A stretch of DNA of 64,000 nucleotides, from the NCBI GenBank assembly GCA_965112735.1, contig OZ218951.1, forward strand, positions 2,914,001 through 2,978,000. Reading direction: 5' to 3'. The notes below the pieces were generated by a model, which was not told the DNA's origin, did no database searches, and was given only the letters and a program-made list of their open reading frames with translations. Every line of letters starts with the position of its first letter. The first letter of the stretch is position 1. Positions 15,460-27,700 of this stretch are shown here, piece by piece. The stretch comes from Phaeosaccion multiseriatum (taxonomy: Eukaryota > Protista > Ochrophyta, other classes). The translations under genes and the position numbers were made by a program.

Positions 15460-15781
15460 TCATGAGAGCACCGATTGGACCTCTGACACCATGAGTTGCA
15501 TGGTTTCTTGACAAGTCTTCATGATAGTGGGAGCGGTCTTGGTGGCCTGTGGTGGGGGAGTGGCGGGGAGTCAAGAAGCAGAGGAGGAGGGGAGGGGAGG
15601 GGGAGAAATCAACACCAACAATAGGACGAAGGTCACCCTTCTCCATACCGGTTTCACATCTTCCGCCCGGCCCCGGCTCAGGCCGGCCCTGCGCGAGCGG
15701 TTCAATATCCCAATCTCCTCCTCGCTCCTCCTCCTCCTCCTCCTCCTCCTCCTCCTCCTCCTTCTTCTTCTTCTTCTTCTT

Positions 15782-15814
<33 letters not shown>

Positions 15815-16753
15815 CCACTACAACATTGTGCTGTTCCTTACCGCTGTGTTCTTGGCAACAATGGCCGGTACCTTCATCATCTGCGCCGGGGGCAGCCTCG
15901 ACTGATTGGGGAGCGGGTGGGAGACAGCGCAGGACACGTATGCATAAGTAGGACGAGAGAGAGAGAGAAAAAGAAACGCGCCCCTTCCACGTCCTCGCGT
16001 CAGCAGCGGTCATGATGAGAGAGAAGAGAGAGAGCCCACCCTTAGCGTTCGCGCAAGGCAGGAAAAGCAAACCCTCGCTCCTCCCCTACCTCCTCCCTCC
16101 CCCTGCCTGCCTCTTCCTCCCTTCCCCCTCCTCCGTCTCTCCCTCCCCTCCCCTCCCCTCTCCCTCTCCCTCTCCGCCTCCCTCCCCCTCCCCTCCCCTA
16201 CTCACGTCCTTGCACATGGTGCTAATAGCCACCGGGTCCATGGGCAGGGCACCGACCGCCTCAAGCACCTCCGACAGATCCTGAGGGGCCTCCGCCAGTT
16301 CCGCAGACGCTCTTTCGAGGCACTCCGGGATGCTGTTCTTGCCCATCAGGGCCTGGTGTTGTTCGGAGAGGTGTAGAGAAGGAAGGAGGGAGACAAGGGA
16401 AGGAGGGAGGGTGGGCGAGAGGTGTGGAGAGAGAGGAAGAGAGGTACAGAGTGAGCAGAGGGAGCTTTGTCAGTGTCAGACCTGCCATCCATCCTACCTA
16501 CCCATGCTCTGTTGAAGTTCTACCATCCACTAACATCCACTACCATCCCCTACACCACCCACCACAACGGTCCATAGAGTGTCATCCAAGCGCTCAGACA
16601 ACACTGTACTCCGTATGAAAGTTGGTCCGTCTCAATATAACCACCACACATCCACCATCACCCCACTTCCATCCGAATGAGTCAAGGACATCTCCCCACT
16701 CCCATCCACCACCACACCCCCACTGCCACACCCCCACTGCCACACCCCCACTG

Positions 16754-16809
<56 letters not shown>

Positions 16810-18495
16810 CCATTACCATTATTACCCACCTCGTGCACCCGTCGCTGCTTGGGCTTCATTCTCCTGGGGTTCTCAGTGCCGCAGGAGATCTGCATGAGGT
16901 CCCCGAAGTCGGCATCGCGCTTGCCCTTGGCCACATCCTCCAAGATCTTGCGGTTCACCTTCAAGTGTTCCGTGTCCACAGGGTGAGGGGTCAGGGGCCA
17001 GAAGGTTAGATGTGTGTGTGTGTGTATGTGTGGTTAGATGTGTGTGTGTGTGTATATATATAGTGCTTGCTCTCTCTGAAGGAATGAAGGAAAGGTGGGG
17101 CTCGTTCAGCTTTAGCCTCCTCCTTTTCCTCCTCCTCCTTTTCCTCCTTCTCCGCCTCCTCCTTCTCCTCCTCCTCCTTCTCTCCCTCCTCCTCCTCCCC
17201 CTGCCATAACCAACTCAACTTACCTTGGCGGCGGGCTTGACTGGAGGGTTGCACTCCGCCATAGTGGCCTTGCACTTCTCCAGCGCCTGGGCGAAGGTGG
17301 GCAGGCCCTCCTTGACCGAGCCCGTCACAGCAAGCTTCTTGGTAGAGAAGAGGCTGGCGTTGAAGTCTTGCACGGCGTCCCTCAGCTCTAGTTCCTCGGG
17401 GCTAAGCTTCTCCTTCTTGTTGACCACCTTGCCCTTCACCACACGCCGTCCGCTGTCCTTCACCTCCACAGTAAGCCCTTTACCCTGGCAGGCAGCGATG
17501 GCGTTCTTGAGCCTGGCCGCTTGCTCACCGTTCTGGGCAATAGCCTCCTGCAGGGGCACGTTGGCGTCGGCGGTGGCCTTCTCCACGGGCGTCTTGACGA
17601 GCTCGAAATTGCCCTTCTCCTCCTTCTCCACATACGTATGCAGCTGCGGGTGGGTGTGGTGTCAAAGGATTTGTCGTAAGCCCTTAAAGGTCTTTGAGCA
17701 TAAGCGTGATCTGATGAGAGGCTAAAAAAAGGGGCTTCCTGCCTCACTCACTGATGGGAGCTCTATAAGAAGCATGTGCCGCACTGTCCGCGTCATAGCA
17801 CGCCAGTAGTGGTGCGTGATGTGAGGGTAGGTACTAAATGGAGACACGTGCACTCGCTCTCACTCACCGAAATCTCATCCTTATCATTGATGTCTACAAC
17901 CCAGGAGCCCATCAGCATCGCCGCCAGGAAGCGAATGTTGGACATAGTTGCCACCATGTCATTGTTGGTCTTCACCATACTGTTCAGGAAGTCGCCTAAA
18001 GGACAGACAGGCAGGCAGGGGGGAGGGAAGGAAATAATGCGTGACGGTCAGACGGGCAAGACAATCCACGAAGAAGGGCAAACAGTAAGACAATGGCACA
18101 CGAAGGGTGGGGCAAGACAGCCCCACGCTTCAGTGGGCGGCGCGCTGCCGGCGTTAGGATTTGCAAGAGAAGTGAATTAAAGCGACACGCCCCTGAGCCT
18201 GTTCGCCACAACTCAAGCACCCACTCACTTGATCTTCCGTAAGCGTCGTCCATCTCATCCAGCTATGTCATTACATGTTATGTGTCAGCGGACAGAGGGG
18301 GTTGCAAGCAGAGGGGAAGGAGGGTCAGCTCGGCCGCAAGCAGTCGCGACGCAACGCACGCAGGAACCATCGGGGAAAGGTTCGGCGCCCCTGCCTTACC
18401 CTTGTCTTTTGGATGAGCACCCGCTCCAAGGTGAGATCGTCCACATCCCGCTTGACGTCGTCCTTCCCCCCAGCCTTGCTCATAATACATCCCAT
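15460..18495 (-). CDS. Uncharacterised helical protein with predicted N-myristoylation/palmitoylation (MGCIMSK)
   Basis: Eight phase-compatible GT-AG exons give MGCIMSKAGG..IQKTR|LDEMDDAYGRS|SDFLNSMVKT..DEIS|LHTYVEKEEK..PAAK|..VDTEHLK..RVHE|ALMGKNSIPE..MCKD|SRLPPAQMMKVPAIVAKNTA|ATKTAPTIMK..VQSVLS, with stop TGA at 15462-15460. Confidence 0.8.
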
Positions 18496-19137
18496 GATAT
18501 ACAACAGTAGCTGGTGCAAGGCGTGGGAATGTGTGCTGCCCCTACGTTTTTAGCTTTTTTTTTTTGTGGGTGAGTGTCTGGGGCCCCTCCCGGTTTCACC
18601 AGCGAGCGGAAATTTCCCCGCAAAAAATGTGGAATTCGCGCGTTTATAATTTTTGCGAGCGCTGACCAAACAACTACGCGCACCTCTCCTTTTTCCCCTC
18701 ACTATATATACATATACACGACACTACCGCCTCCCCGCTTGACGATTCTCTCGGTCGACAAGAGCACGGATCACCGATCTCTGCAGCTGCCGAAGTTTGA
18801 ATTTTCGCCCCAATCCTCCTCCTCCTCCTCCTCCTCGTCGTCGTCCTCCTCCTCCGCGTCGTGGTCGTCGAGCCGCTACCCCTGACAATGGCGAAGACTT
18901 TGATCCTCTTGCCCTGTCTCGGGGCTCGCCATCCACCCATCGTCATTGCCCCCAACCCAACGTCCACCCCTCCATCCCCATATCCTCGGAGCTTGTTCGT
19001 CGTCGGTTGAACCACGTATGGATACGTATATCATACACGCGCTCGCACACACACGGGACTCAGTAGCTCAGTTGCTCCAGCAGTCGTTCTCTTCAGTACA
19101 GTTGCTCGGCAGTACTTCTCGTTAGTTGTTCGGTTCT

Positions 19138-19894
19138 TTAGTAGTAGTTCTCGCGGATGACACGATCTGAGGAAGAGCGGATGGCGCTCACCTCCTGGGC
19201 CAGACGATGCCTGCAGTGGGGGAGGGACGCACGGACGGACGGACGGAGGGAGGGAGGGAGAAGGGGGGGTATATTTATTGACTTATTGGAGTCACCTAAG
19301 AAACTGAAAAGTGTGTGTGTGTGTGTGTGGAGGGGTCGTCCAGGGGGGCCAGTGAGGGCTCAGCTGGCAGACTGGGGGACGAACAGGGATGAGTGGGAGA
19401 GAGAGAGAGAGAGAAGAGGAAGAACGGGGGGAGGGCGGCACATCTTACTCTCTCTCTCTCTCCCTTTCTCTCGTGTCCTTTCCCTCTGCCTCTTGAGGGG
19501 CGGGAGAAAGAAGAAGAAGGATGTGAAGAGAAGGGACAACAGTTTGATCCTTTTCTCACTCGCAAGGATACACAAAACAATACACGCCCACGCACGCACG
19601 CACGCACTCACGAACACCCGACAGAGAAAAAAAAGTGAGAGAGACAGACAACCAGCTCGACCAGAAAGGGGGAAACCTCCCAGCCAAACAGTACGTCACG
19701 AAACTGCTGACCAATGGGACCCAAGTGACTGACTCACTTGGCATATAGAAGGTTCAGCCTGGCGTACCGCTCGCGACTGAGGTAGAGGGGCCTTCCCCTC
19801 CGGAGGCCCGTGTCCTCTTCTCCATGCTCGTCTACATAGATACTACCGTAGTAGGCAGCGCGGCTCTCGCGAACCTGAATCGTGCGTGTGCGTA

Positions 19895-19940
<46 letters not shown>

Positions 19941-20251
19941 TTTTCGAGAGAGGGAGAGAGAGAGTTGAAAGCATGAGAAAAGAAGGGGGGGAGAAGAAAA
20001 GGAAGGAGGAGGGAGGAGGAGGAGGAGGAGGAGGAGGAGGGAGGGGGGGGGGGTGTTGGTCTTGAGGGCTCTGGTTTCGTTTGTGAAGAGGGATGGGGGT
20101 CGTGCTCGTGAAAAGGGGAAGGTGGGAAGGAAAATGCCTGGGTAGACCATTGCGTGTCCGAGGGGGGGGGCGGGCTTCAGGACACGCGAAGGGCAAGCAG
20201 GCCGACATGGTGTTTGCGTGCGTGTATGACTTTGCGGTTGTGGGTGTATGC

Positions 20252-20286
<35 letters not shown>

Positions 20287-21525
20287 TGTGTGTATGTGGG
20301 GCCCAAAACAAGCCTCCCTTCCCCTCGCCTTCTCAACAACAAAGGTCAGCGACCCAACCACTACTGCTACCACTCGACTCCACTTACATACTACTCACTA
20401 CTAAACTTCACTCAACTCACCCACTCACTCACCCACCCACCTACCCACCCACTCATCCACCCACCCACCTACTCAACTCACACATCCACCCTTGCACCCA
20501 GTTATCCCACCCCCCACCCACCCACCCTACCCATCCACCCACCCACCCACTCACTCACTACCACTCCATTCTCTACTCACCAGCAGAACATTACACCTCT
20601 GCACCAAAAAGAAGACTCCCACGCCTGCACCGCAGCTCATTGCGTGCGTGGTGCACATGCCCGCGTTACTCCCCTGCGCCCTTGACGGAAACTTATGCGC
20701 CGCCGCCACCACCTGCCCACAGACCAGACACACGGCGGGGTCGAAGTCCGGGACGCCGAGGAGGGCGGTATGGCGGCCCTTGGCCTGCGCATAGAGTTCG
20801 GTGTACGAGTCGGGCAGTCTGATGAGCTGCATGTGGTCAGCCCCGCTCACACCGAGGTGGCTGAGGTCGTAGAGAAGACTCTGCACTGGCCGCTGGACCT
20901 GCTCTTCCTGCTGCAGGCTGTAGGCTTGTATCCCGCCACTCCTCCTATCAAGCCTCTCACCAAACCTACTCAGGGCCATGATGCTGCTGCCGCGGCCGCT
21001 GCCGCTACCGCTGCCGCTGCTGTCGCTGCTTTTGCTCTCAGCAATGCCGCTGCTGCTGGTGCTTTTGCTCTCATCAGCGCCTCCTTCTCCGCTGGTGTCA
21101 CCCCCCGCACTTGCCTGCTCCCTCTGCTTGGGCGCCGGCACCACCACCGGGGTGGTGTGCGTAGCGGCCAGGCTTCCCATGAGAGGTGTCAGGACATCAG
21201 GAGCCATCACCCCCCCTGGTCTCACCCCTGCAGTTGCAGCAGATGGCAGGGCGTCGGACCGCGGAAGTAGTCCACCCGGGAGGGTGACAAGAGAAGATGC
21301 GACGTGCACTGCAAGAGTCGCCCCAACCGCTGGCAACAACGGCGGAGCGGGAGCCATCTGGCCGTTGAGGTGCTCTTGCAGATGCAGAAGCTGCTGCTGC
21401 ACCTGCTGATTCTGTTGCTGCATCTGCTGCTCCAACAGCTGCTGCTGCTGCTGTGCCATCAACTCGTTCTCCAGCTCCTGCATGATCTGGTCGGCATTCG
21501 GTTGCTGCTGATGTTGAAGAATCTG

Positions 21526-21569
<44 letters not shown>

Positions 21570-21870
21570 GCTGCTGCTCCTGCTGCTCTTGATCGTGTAT
21601 CAGCAACTCCTGCTGCGCCACCTGTTGTGGCACCAACTGCTGCGTTTCAGCCGCCGTTAACCCTGCCTGCACGCCGGGCGCCGCTACTCCTCCCTCCACG
21701 ACCGGTACCGCCGCCGCCTGATGGCCAGCATTCAGACCCGGTGCTTCTCCCCCTCCCTCCTCCTCGTCGTCCCCCTCCTCCTCCGCCTGTGCGTCCGCGC
21801 CACCGCCCAACAGCACTTCCAATTCGGGCGTCGTAGGGGTCTCCATGTCAAAAAAGGGGTCCTGCTCAGT

Positions 21871-21916
<46 letters not shown>

Positions 21917-24649
21917 CAACAACAACAAAAGGACGGGGGGGGGGGGGCACACAGTAAATAGTGATGGGGAAGTCCGGAGTGGGGTGGGGTGTAAGTCGAG
22001 GAGAGCCGGGGACAGACGGGGCACGGTCGCAGTGTTGTAGAATCATGCTTTTGTCGTTGTTGTCCTACCATACCAAGTGGAGCAGTCGCGCCACCGATCC
22101 CCACCCGAGGGGGAGGCAGGTACAGCCATTCCATTCTGGAAATGATGGACCTTACTTGCCCTTTGCGCAGAAGAAACATCAAAACACCCCGCCCCCCCCT
22201 CCCGCCTCTTTGGTGGGAAATTAGAAAAAAAAGCATGCACAAGAGGCACCTACTGGAGCAGATGCGAATAGCCTGCCACCCTCCACAGCAAGGCCATGAA
22301 CTACGTCCACGCACCCCATCCCATCCCACCCCACGCATATACACGACAGTGCTACGTACCAACTCAGCTTCTTCTGCTTCCTCCGCTTCCATTGCCAACA
22401 TATTACCCTCGCCTGCAAAGTCGTCGATCCCCCCCATGCCACCATAGCCGCCAGCATCTCCTTCTCCCCCCCCCCCTCCTCCCCATCCTCCTCCACCCTC
22501 GCCATCGCCGCCATATGCGTCTCCCTCTGGTGGTCCTCCGTCGTCAGCTCGGCCCTGGAGGTAAGGGCTGAATCGGCTCACTTTCATGCTGCGGGCCTGC
22601 TCCCGTGCTTCCCCCTGCGTGAGCTCGGACAGGAGAGGGGCGGAGGCGGCGCTCGGATCGGGCTCACCCATTGCGTCGCGGTACTGGTGAAATGTGATGT
22701 GATACGAGAGAGCGGGAAAGAGGGAGAGAGAGACGGGAGAGAGAGAAACAGAGAGAGGGAGGAAGGCAAAGGGCAGAGGGGATACACCAGAGAGACAGAA
22801 GAGAGGACAAAGGAGAGAGGGCAGAGGGGAGCAAGGAAGGAGAGTAGAGGACAGGAAGGAAGGAGGAGGGTAGAGGAGAGCGGGCAGGGGGCAGCAGGAA
22901 AGGGTTAGAATAGAAAGAGGGCGTCCCTCAGAGGAACAGAGAAGCAAGGGCCACATGCTTACAACTATGCAGCACTGAGCACATCAATTGTGTAAGAAAC
23001 AAAAATAACAGCGCGGAAACCAAAGTCGGGGGTCTCAGCCGCCTCCTGGCTGTATCTCAACCCCTCCCTCCCTCCCCACCCTCTCCCTCCCGTTCCTCCC
23101 TCCCTAACCCCCTCCCTGTACCTGCTCTGCCCATGCCGAGAGTTGATTGGTGACTTCCTCACTCGCGCTGAGCTGCGTCACAGGAGGAACACCAAGCACG
23201 CGGCAGAGACGCTCCACGCCGGCCATGAGAGCCCGGAAGCCCTCAGCTGTGTCTCCTCCCCCCTCTTTCCCTTCCTCCTCCTCCTCCTCCTCTTCTTCTT
23301 CCTGTTGCTGTAGCGCTTCCCAGCAACACGCTGCCGTTGCCCCAAAGGCCGCAAACACCCCCCCTTGTTGTGGACCATTGTCAGTAGCATTGCCCGCCTG
23401 AGTGCCCTCCTCCTCCCTCCCCTCCTCGTCCTCCATTGAGAGCCCCTCCGTATCGTTGCTCGTCCCACAGGCGGCGCCCACCAGCAGACACATGAAGCGG
23501 AGGAAGGGCAGCCAGGCCAAGTAAGCCTCCACCACGAGCCGCTGTCCCTGAGGGGCCCTCGAGCTCACCGCCACGTGCACTCCCGCTGCCAGGACCGACC
23601 GCATTTGGGTAAGGGCCTCCCCAGCAAGGAGGACGTCCCTCGCCCCAGCTACTCCTCCTCCTCCTCCTCTTGACACTTTCACTGATGCTGGCTCAAAGTC
23701 CATCATATCAACATCGCTTTCCCCGTCATGGCCTCCTCCTTTTCCTCCTCCTCCTGCAGCTGCTGCTGTCCCGTATTTGCTGTCCTCCTCGTCGTTGTTG
23801 CTGCTGCTGCCCCCCGTGCCTACCATTCCCCATGCGGTGAACTCCGGTTGCAGCAGGAGCTGAGCCAAGCGAGCGAGACACAGAACAGAGCACAGCCGAC
23901 GCACCGCTGATGCTGCAACAGACGAAGACAGTAGGGAACAGAGAAGACAAAAGGGAACGGGAGAGGGGGAGATTTCGGCGGGTTAAAAAGGAGGGAAGGA
24001 GGAGAATGGGAAGAGCAGTATTGGTTGTGAGGCTCGTGAGGCCCCTCCCCACAGTTCAAGACATATGACACACAAACCCACACCCCCACACATACACATA
24101 ATCATTCGCCGGAACAACAGCGTCACGAACAACAACAACAACAACAACAACTACAACAACTACAACAAAAGCACCAGGAGCAACCACAACAACAACAACA
24201 ACAGCACCACGAACAACAACAACCAGCAGAGAACACACAAACACCCCCCTCCCCGCCCCTCCCCTCCCTCCCCCCCCTTACCTCCTCCTCCATCGCCGCC
24301 GCCCCCCACATTGGCCAGGGCAACAAAGCCAACCCCGAGTGCACAGAGGTCCCACGACACGAGCGGCATCGAGAGAGCCGGCCAATCCAGCTGGAGCTCC
24401 TGCCATGTGTCGCTGCTGCTGCTGCTGCTGCTGAGGGCCTTTACTCGTGCGGGCAGGTCCCCAGATAGCATGTTCACGTGGAAGTGAGACAGCATGCGCG
24501 CGTCCTCGGGCTTGAAGAAGTTTGTGTCCCACACCACCTGCAAAGGCATCTGTGGTGTTTGTGATTTGCGTTTTTGTGTTCGTTTTGTTTCAATCAATCA
24601 CCGTCAAGGCAGACAACAACCACAACCACACCAGCAACAACCATACCAG

Positions 24650-24721
<72 letters not shown>

Positions 24722-27700
24722 GAGAGGGGTCGGTGGTGAGTTGACGTTATGAAGCTGAGCTAGGTGGGTTATCTAGGAGGACAGACAGCGTAGCGACGCT
24801 GCGAAAATGACCAGCGGCACCTCATTTGACAGCTCTACCCTCCGCGTCAACGCCCCTGCTCCTTGACATAATAACCCATTTCTCAACTCACCTCCAACAA
24901 TCGCTTCGCCCACTCCACTCCCTGGTCCACCCCGCCCCCACCCCCTGCAGACGACGACGACCCCTCTCCTCCTCCAGCTGCTGCTGCTGCTGCTGCTGCT
25001 GCTGATGTACCACCAACTCGTGCACTAGCTGCTGCCCCCGCCGCCCCTGCTGCTGACGCGCCAGCGGGTTTCCGTCCCGAGACTATTTGCACGAGTGTGG
25101 ACGACTCCCCTGACAGCAAGCCCGTCATCCTTGCCGCGAGACTCTGGCAATCGTCCCCCCCCAATGCATTCCGCTGATGCAGCACGAGCAGGATGTGCTC
25201 CGCTGCTCGCAACATACGCCGTGCGTACAACACTTCCGACAGAAACTTGGACTTTGGCAACGTAAAAGCAGCAGCACCAGCTCCACCACCACTCCCACCA
25301 CCACGGCGAGAGTGGCTCTGAAGCTCCCCCCAAACGGCCTCGCGTACCTCCTCCCTGCTTGAGGCCTCCTGCACCGAGAGAGTGTAGGCCAGGCTCGACC
25401 ACAGCAAGTGCATTTTGTGGAGCGGGCCCCCGTCATCCTCGCTCATAAACTCAGGCTGCCAGGGCGACGTGGATATGCTCCTTCTCATCCAAGGAGGCCT
25501 GCGGACGATGTTGAGGGAACACAGAACCCCAACCAGAGTGTGCTGCATCTTGCTCTCTGCGTCCTCTCTCTCTTGCCCAGCAGCAGCCCCCCCTCCCCCC
25601 CCTCCCCAACACGCACCCGCTGCACTACGGAGCACATCGCCCAGTTGCCCACTCGACACCCACCGCAACGCACTTTCCATTTTCCACAGCGGAGGAGCAG
25701 TACCGGGGGCGGCACCCCCAGCAGGGCCCTTTTCCTCTTGGTCCCCTTCGCCGCTCTGGCCCTCCATCTCCCATCGCCCCCTCTTCTCCCCTCCTCCTCC
25801 CCCGCCCATGTACTCTGGCTTGAGCGAGACATCATGGGCTCCTCCTCCTCCATCTCTACGCCTCCCCTCAGCGCGCATATGCACGGGAATGTGCGGTACG
25901 AGCATATTGCTGATGGACTTGCACAGCGGACACAAGAACTCCTGCCTCGAAATATCCGCACTCATGTGCCCGTCAAAGGTATGACCCGACCTGCTCTCTG
26001 CAACCATCCTCGTCATGTACGCTTCGAAGCACTCCGAGTGCACCCCATGTCCACAGTGCTTCACATGAATGCGCTGATTGCCCCACCTCTTCCAAGCGTT
26101 ACGACTCATCGCCTCCATGATGGTATAGCCCTCCGAACTATGCAACGACGCCCAACCCCCGGGCTCCGGTGCCACCACCTTCGCCCTCCGCCCAATCTGA
26201 GCCGTCACCACTGCCTCCAAGCCCGACTGCCGCGGCATCATTCGCACCTTAGCACTATCCAGGTCCGGCTTCGTTCTCAGCTGGCAACCGTGGTCACCCA
26301 CCACCGCGTACTCCCTCTTAAGAAGCTCGTGGTGGGCATTCGCCTCCGTTGCCATTGCCAGAGACACGGACCGTTGACAAAAGGCGATGTACATGAGCGG
26401 TTTGTCTCCCCGCTCGTGACACATAATGCACTCAGGTGCCGCGTCGCAAGAAAGACTGAATGGCGGGGCCGCAAAACTAGCGGCTAGGGAACTGTAGGAG
26501 TCTCCTCCGCCTCCTCCCGAAGCCTGGGCACTGGCAGCTCCGAGAGCAGCGCTGTTCCCCGCCCCTCCTCCTCCTGCTGCTGCGCCGAACGGGTTTGACT
26601 CGTCGCGGTCCTGGTCGTCCTTTGTCTGTCGTGCGGAGAGGGAGGCAGAGGGAGAGAGAGAGAAGAAGGTGGTTTAGGCGTTCAGCAGCAACAATCGTGA
26701 TTCTGATGCTGTAGCGAAAGTCAATGAATGGCCAGCCTCCCATGAGACCATCATCATTGGCACACACGAGAGAGAATGAGAGCAGAAGCAAGCAGACTAC
26801 AGCAGAAGGAAGTAAAACAGCTCTCCTGTCCATATTTCCCTCACGCTCGAACGCCCTCTCGCTCGTCTCACACACACACAAACACACACACATATACATA
26901 TATACATATGTGTACTGTCTCGCTCTCCCTCCCTCTCGCGCGCTGCCTCACCTCGTCATCATCATCATCATCATCATCCTCGTCGTCGTCTTCCATCATG
27001 TGCTTTGCAAACGCTGCCTGCTGCTTCTGCATGGCCGCCATTGCCTGCGTCTGGGCCTTGGCCTTACGCTCGGCGAGAGTCATCACCCCCCCTCCACCAC
27101 CACCATCTCTTCCTCCGGCTCCTCCTCTACTCGCATCATTTCCTTCCCCTCGGGCGCCTCCTCCCTCTCCTGCGTGCGCCCCACCCCCAGCCTGGGTCGA
27201 CGAGCCTCCAGCACCCCCCTTGGGTTGCTGAATCTTGCTCACGACTCCGCCAGCCACAGCAATTCCCATCTCCCTCAGGGCGGCCTCACAGCCCTGGTCT
27301 CTCTGACCGAGTTGGACAATGATCCAAAGGAGGCCATCCTCGAAGAGAGCTCCGAGGTGACTGCAGTCCTTAGAGCACGTCCCCAGGAGCTGCAGCAAGG
27401 ACATCTTGGCGTGCTTCCGCCTGCTTTGTAGGGAGGCCAGCCGGGCTGCCTCGAAAGCTGCACGCGCCGCGAAATCCGTGCCCCCTGCCGTTGCTGCAAC
27501 GGTGGCTGCTGCCGCTATCGCCGCCGCCTCCGTACCTGCCGCTGCGGCTGCGAGCACGGTATCATCTGGTGTTGACGCGGACGATACCATCTGCGAAGTC
27601 GGTGACGGCGCTGACAAGGCCGATACCTTCCCACTTTCTTGCAGCCCCCCCCCCTCCTCACCACCGACAGCAAGAACGCCACCCTTTTCCTCTTGTTGCT

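Noticed and set aside
25408-26487. 359-aa plus-strand ORF and other long antisense ORFs over UBR1, TLDc and mTERF-like exons
   Set aside because: Antisense shadows of GC-rich coding exons with no motifs of their own.
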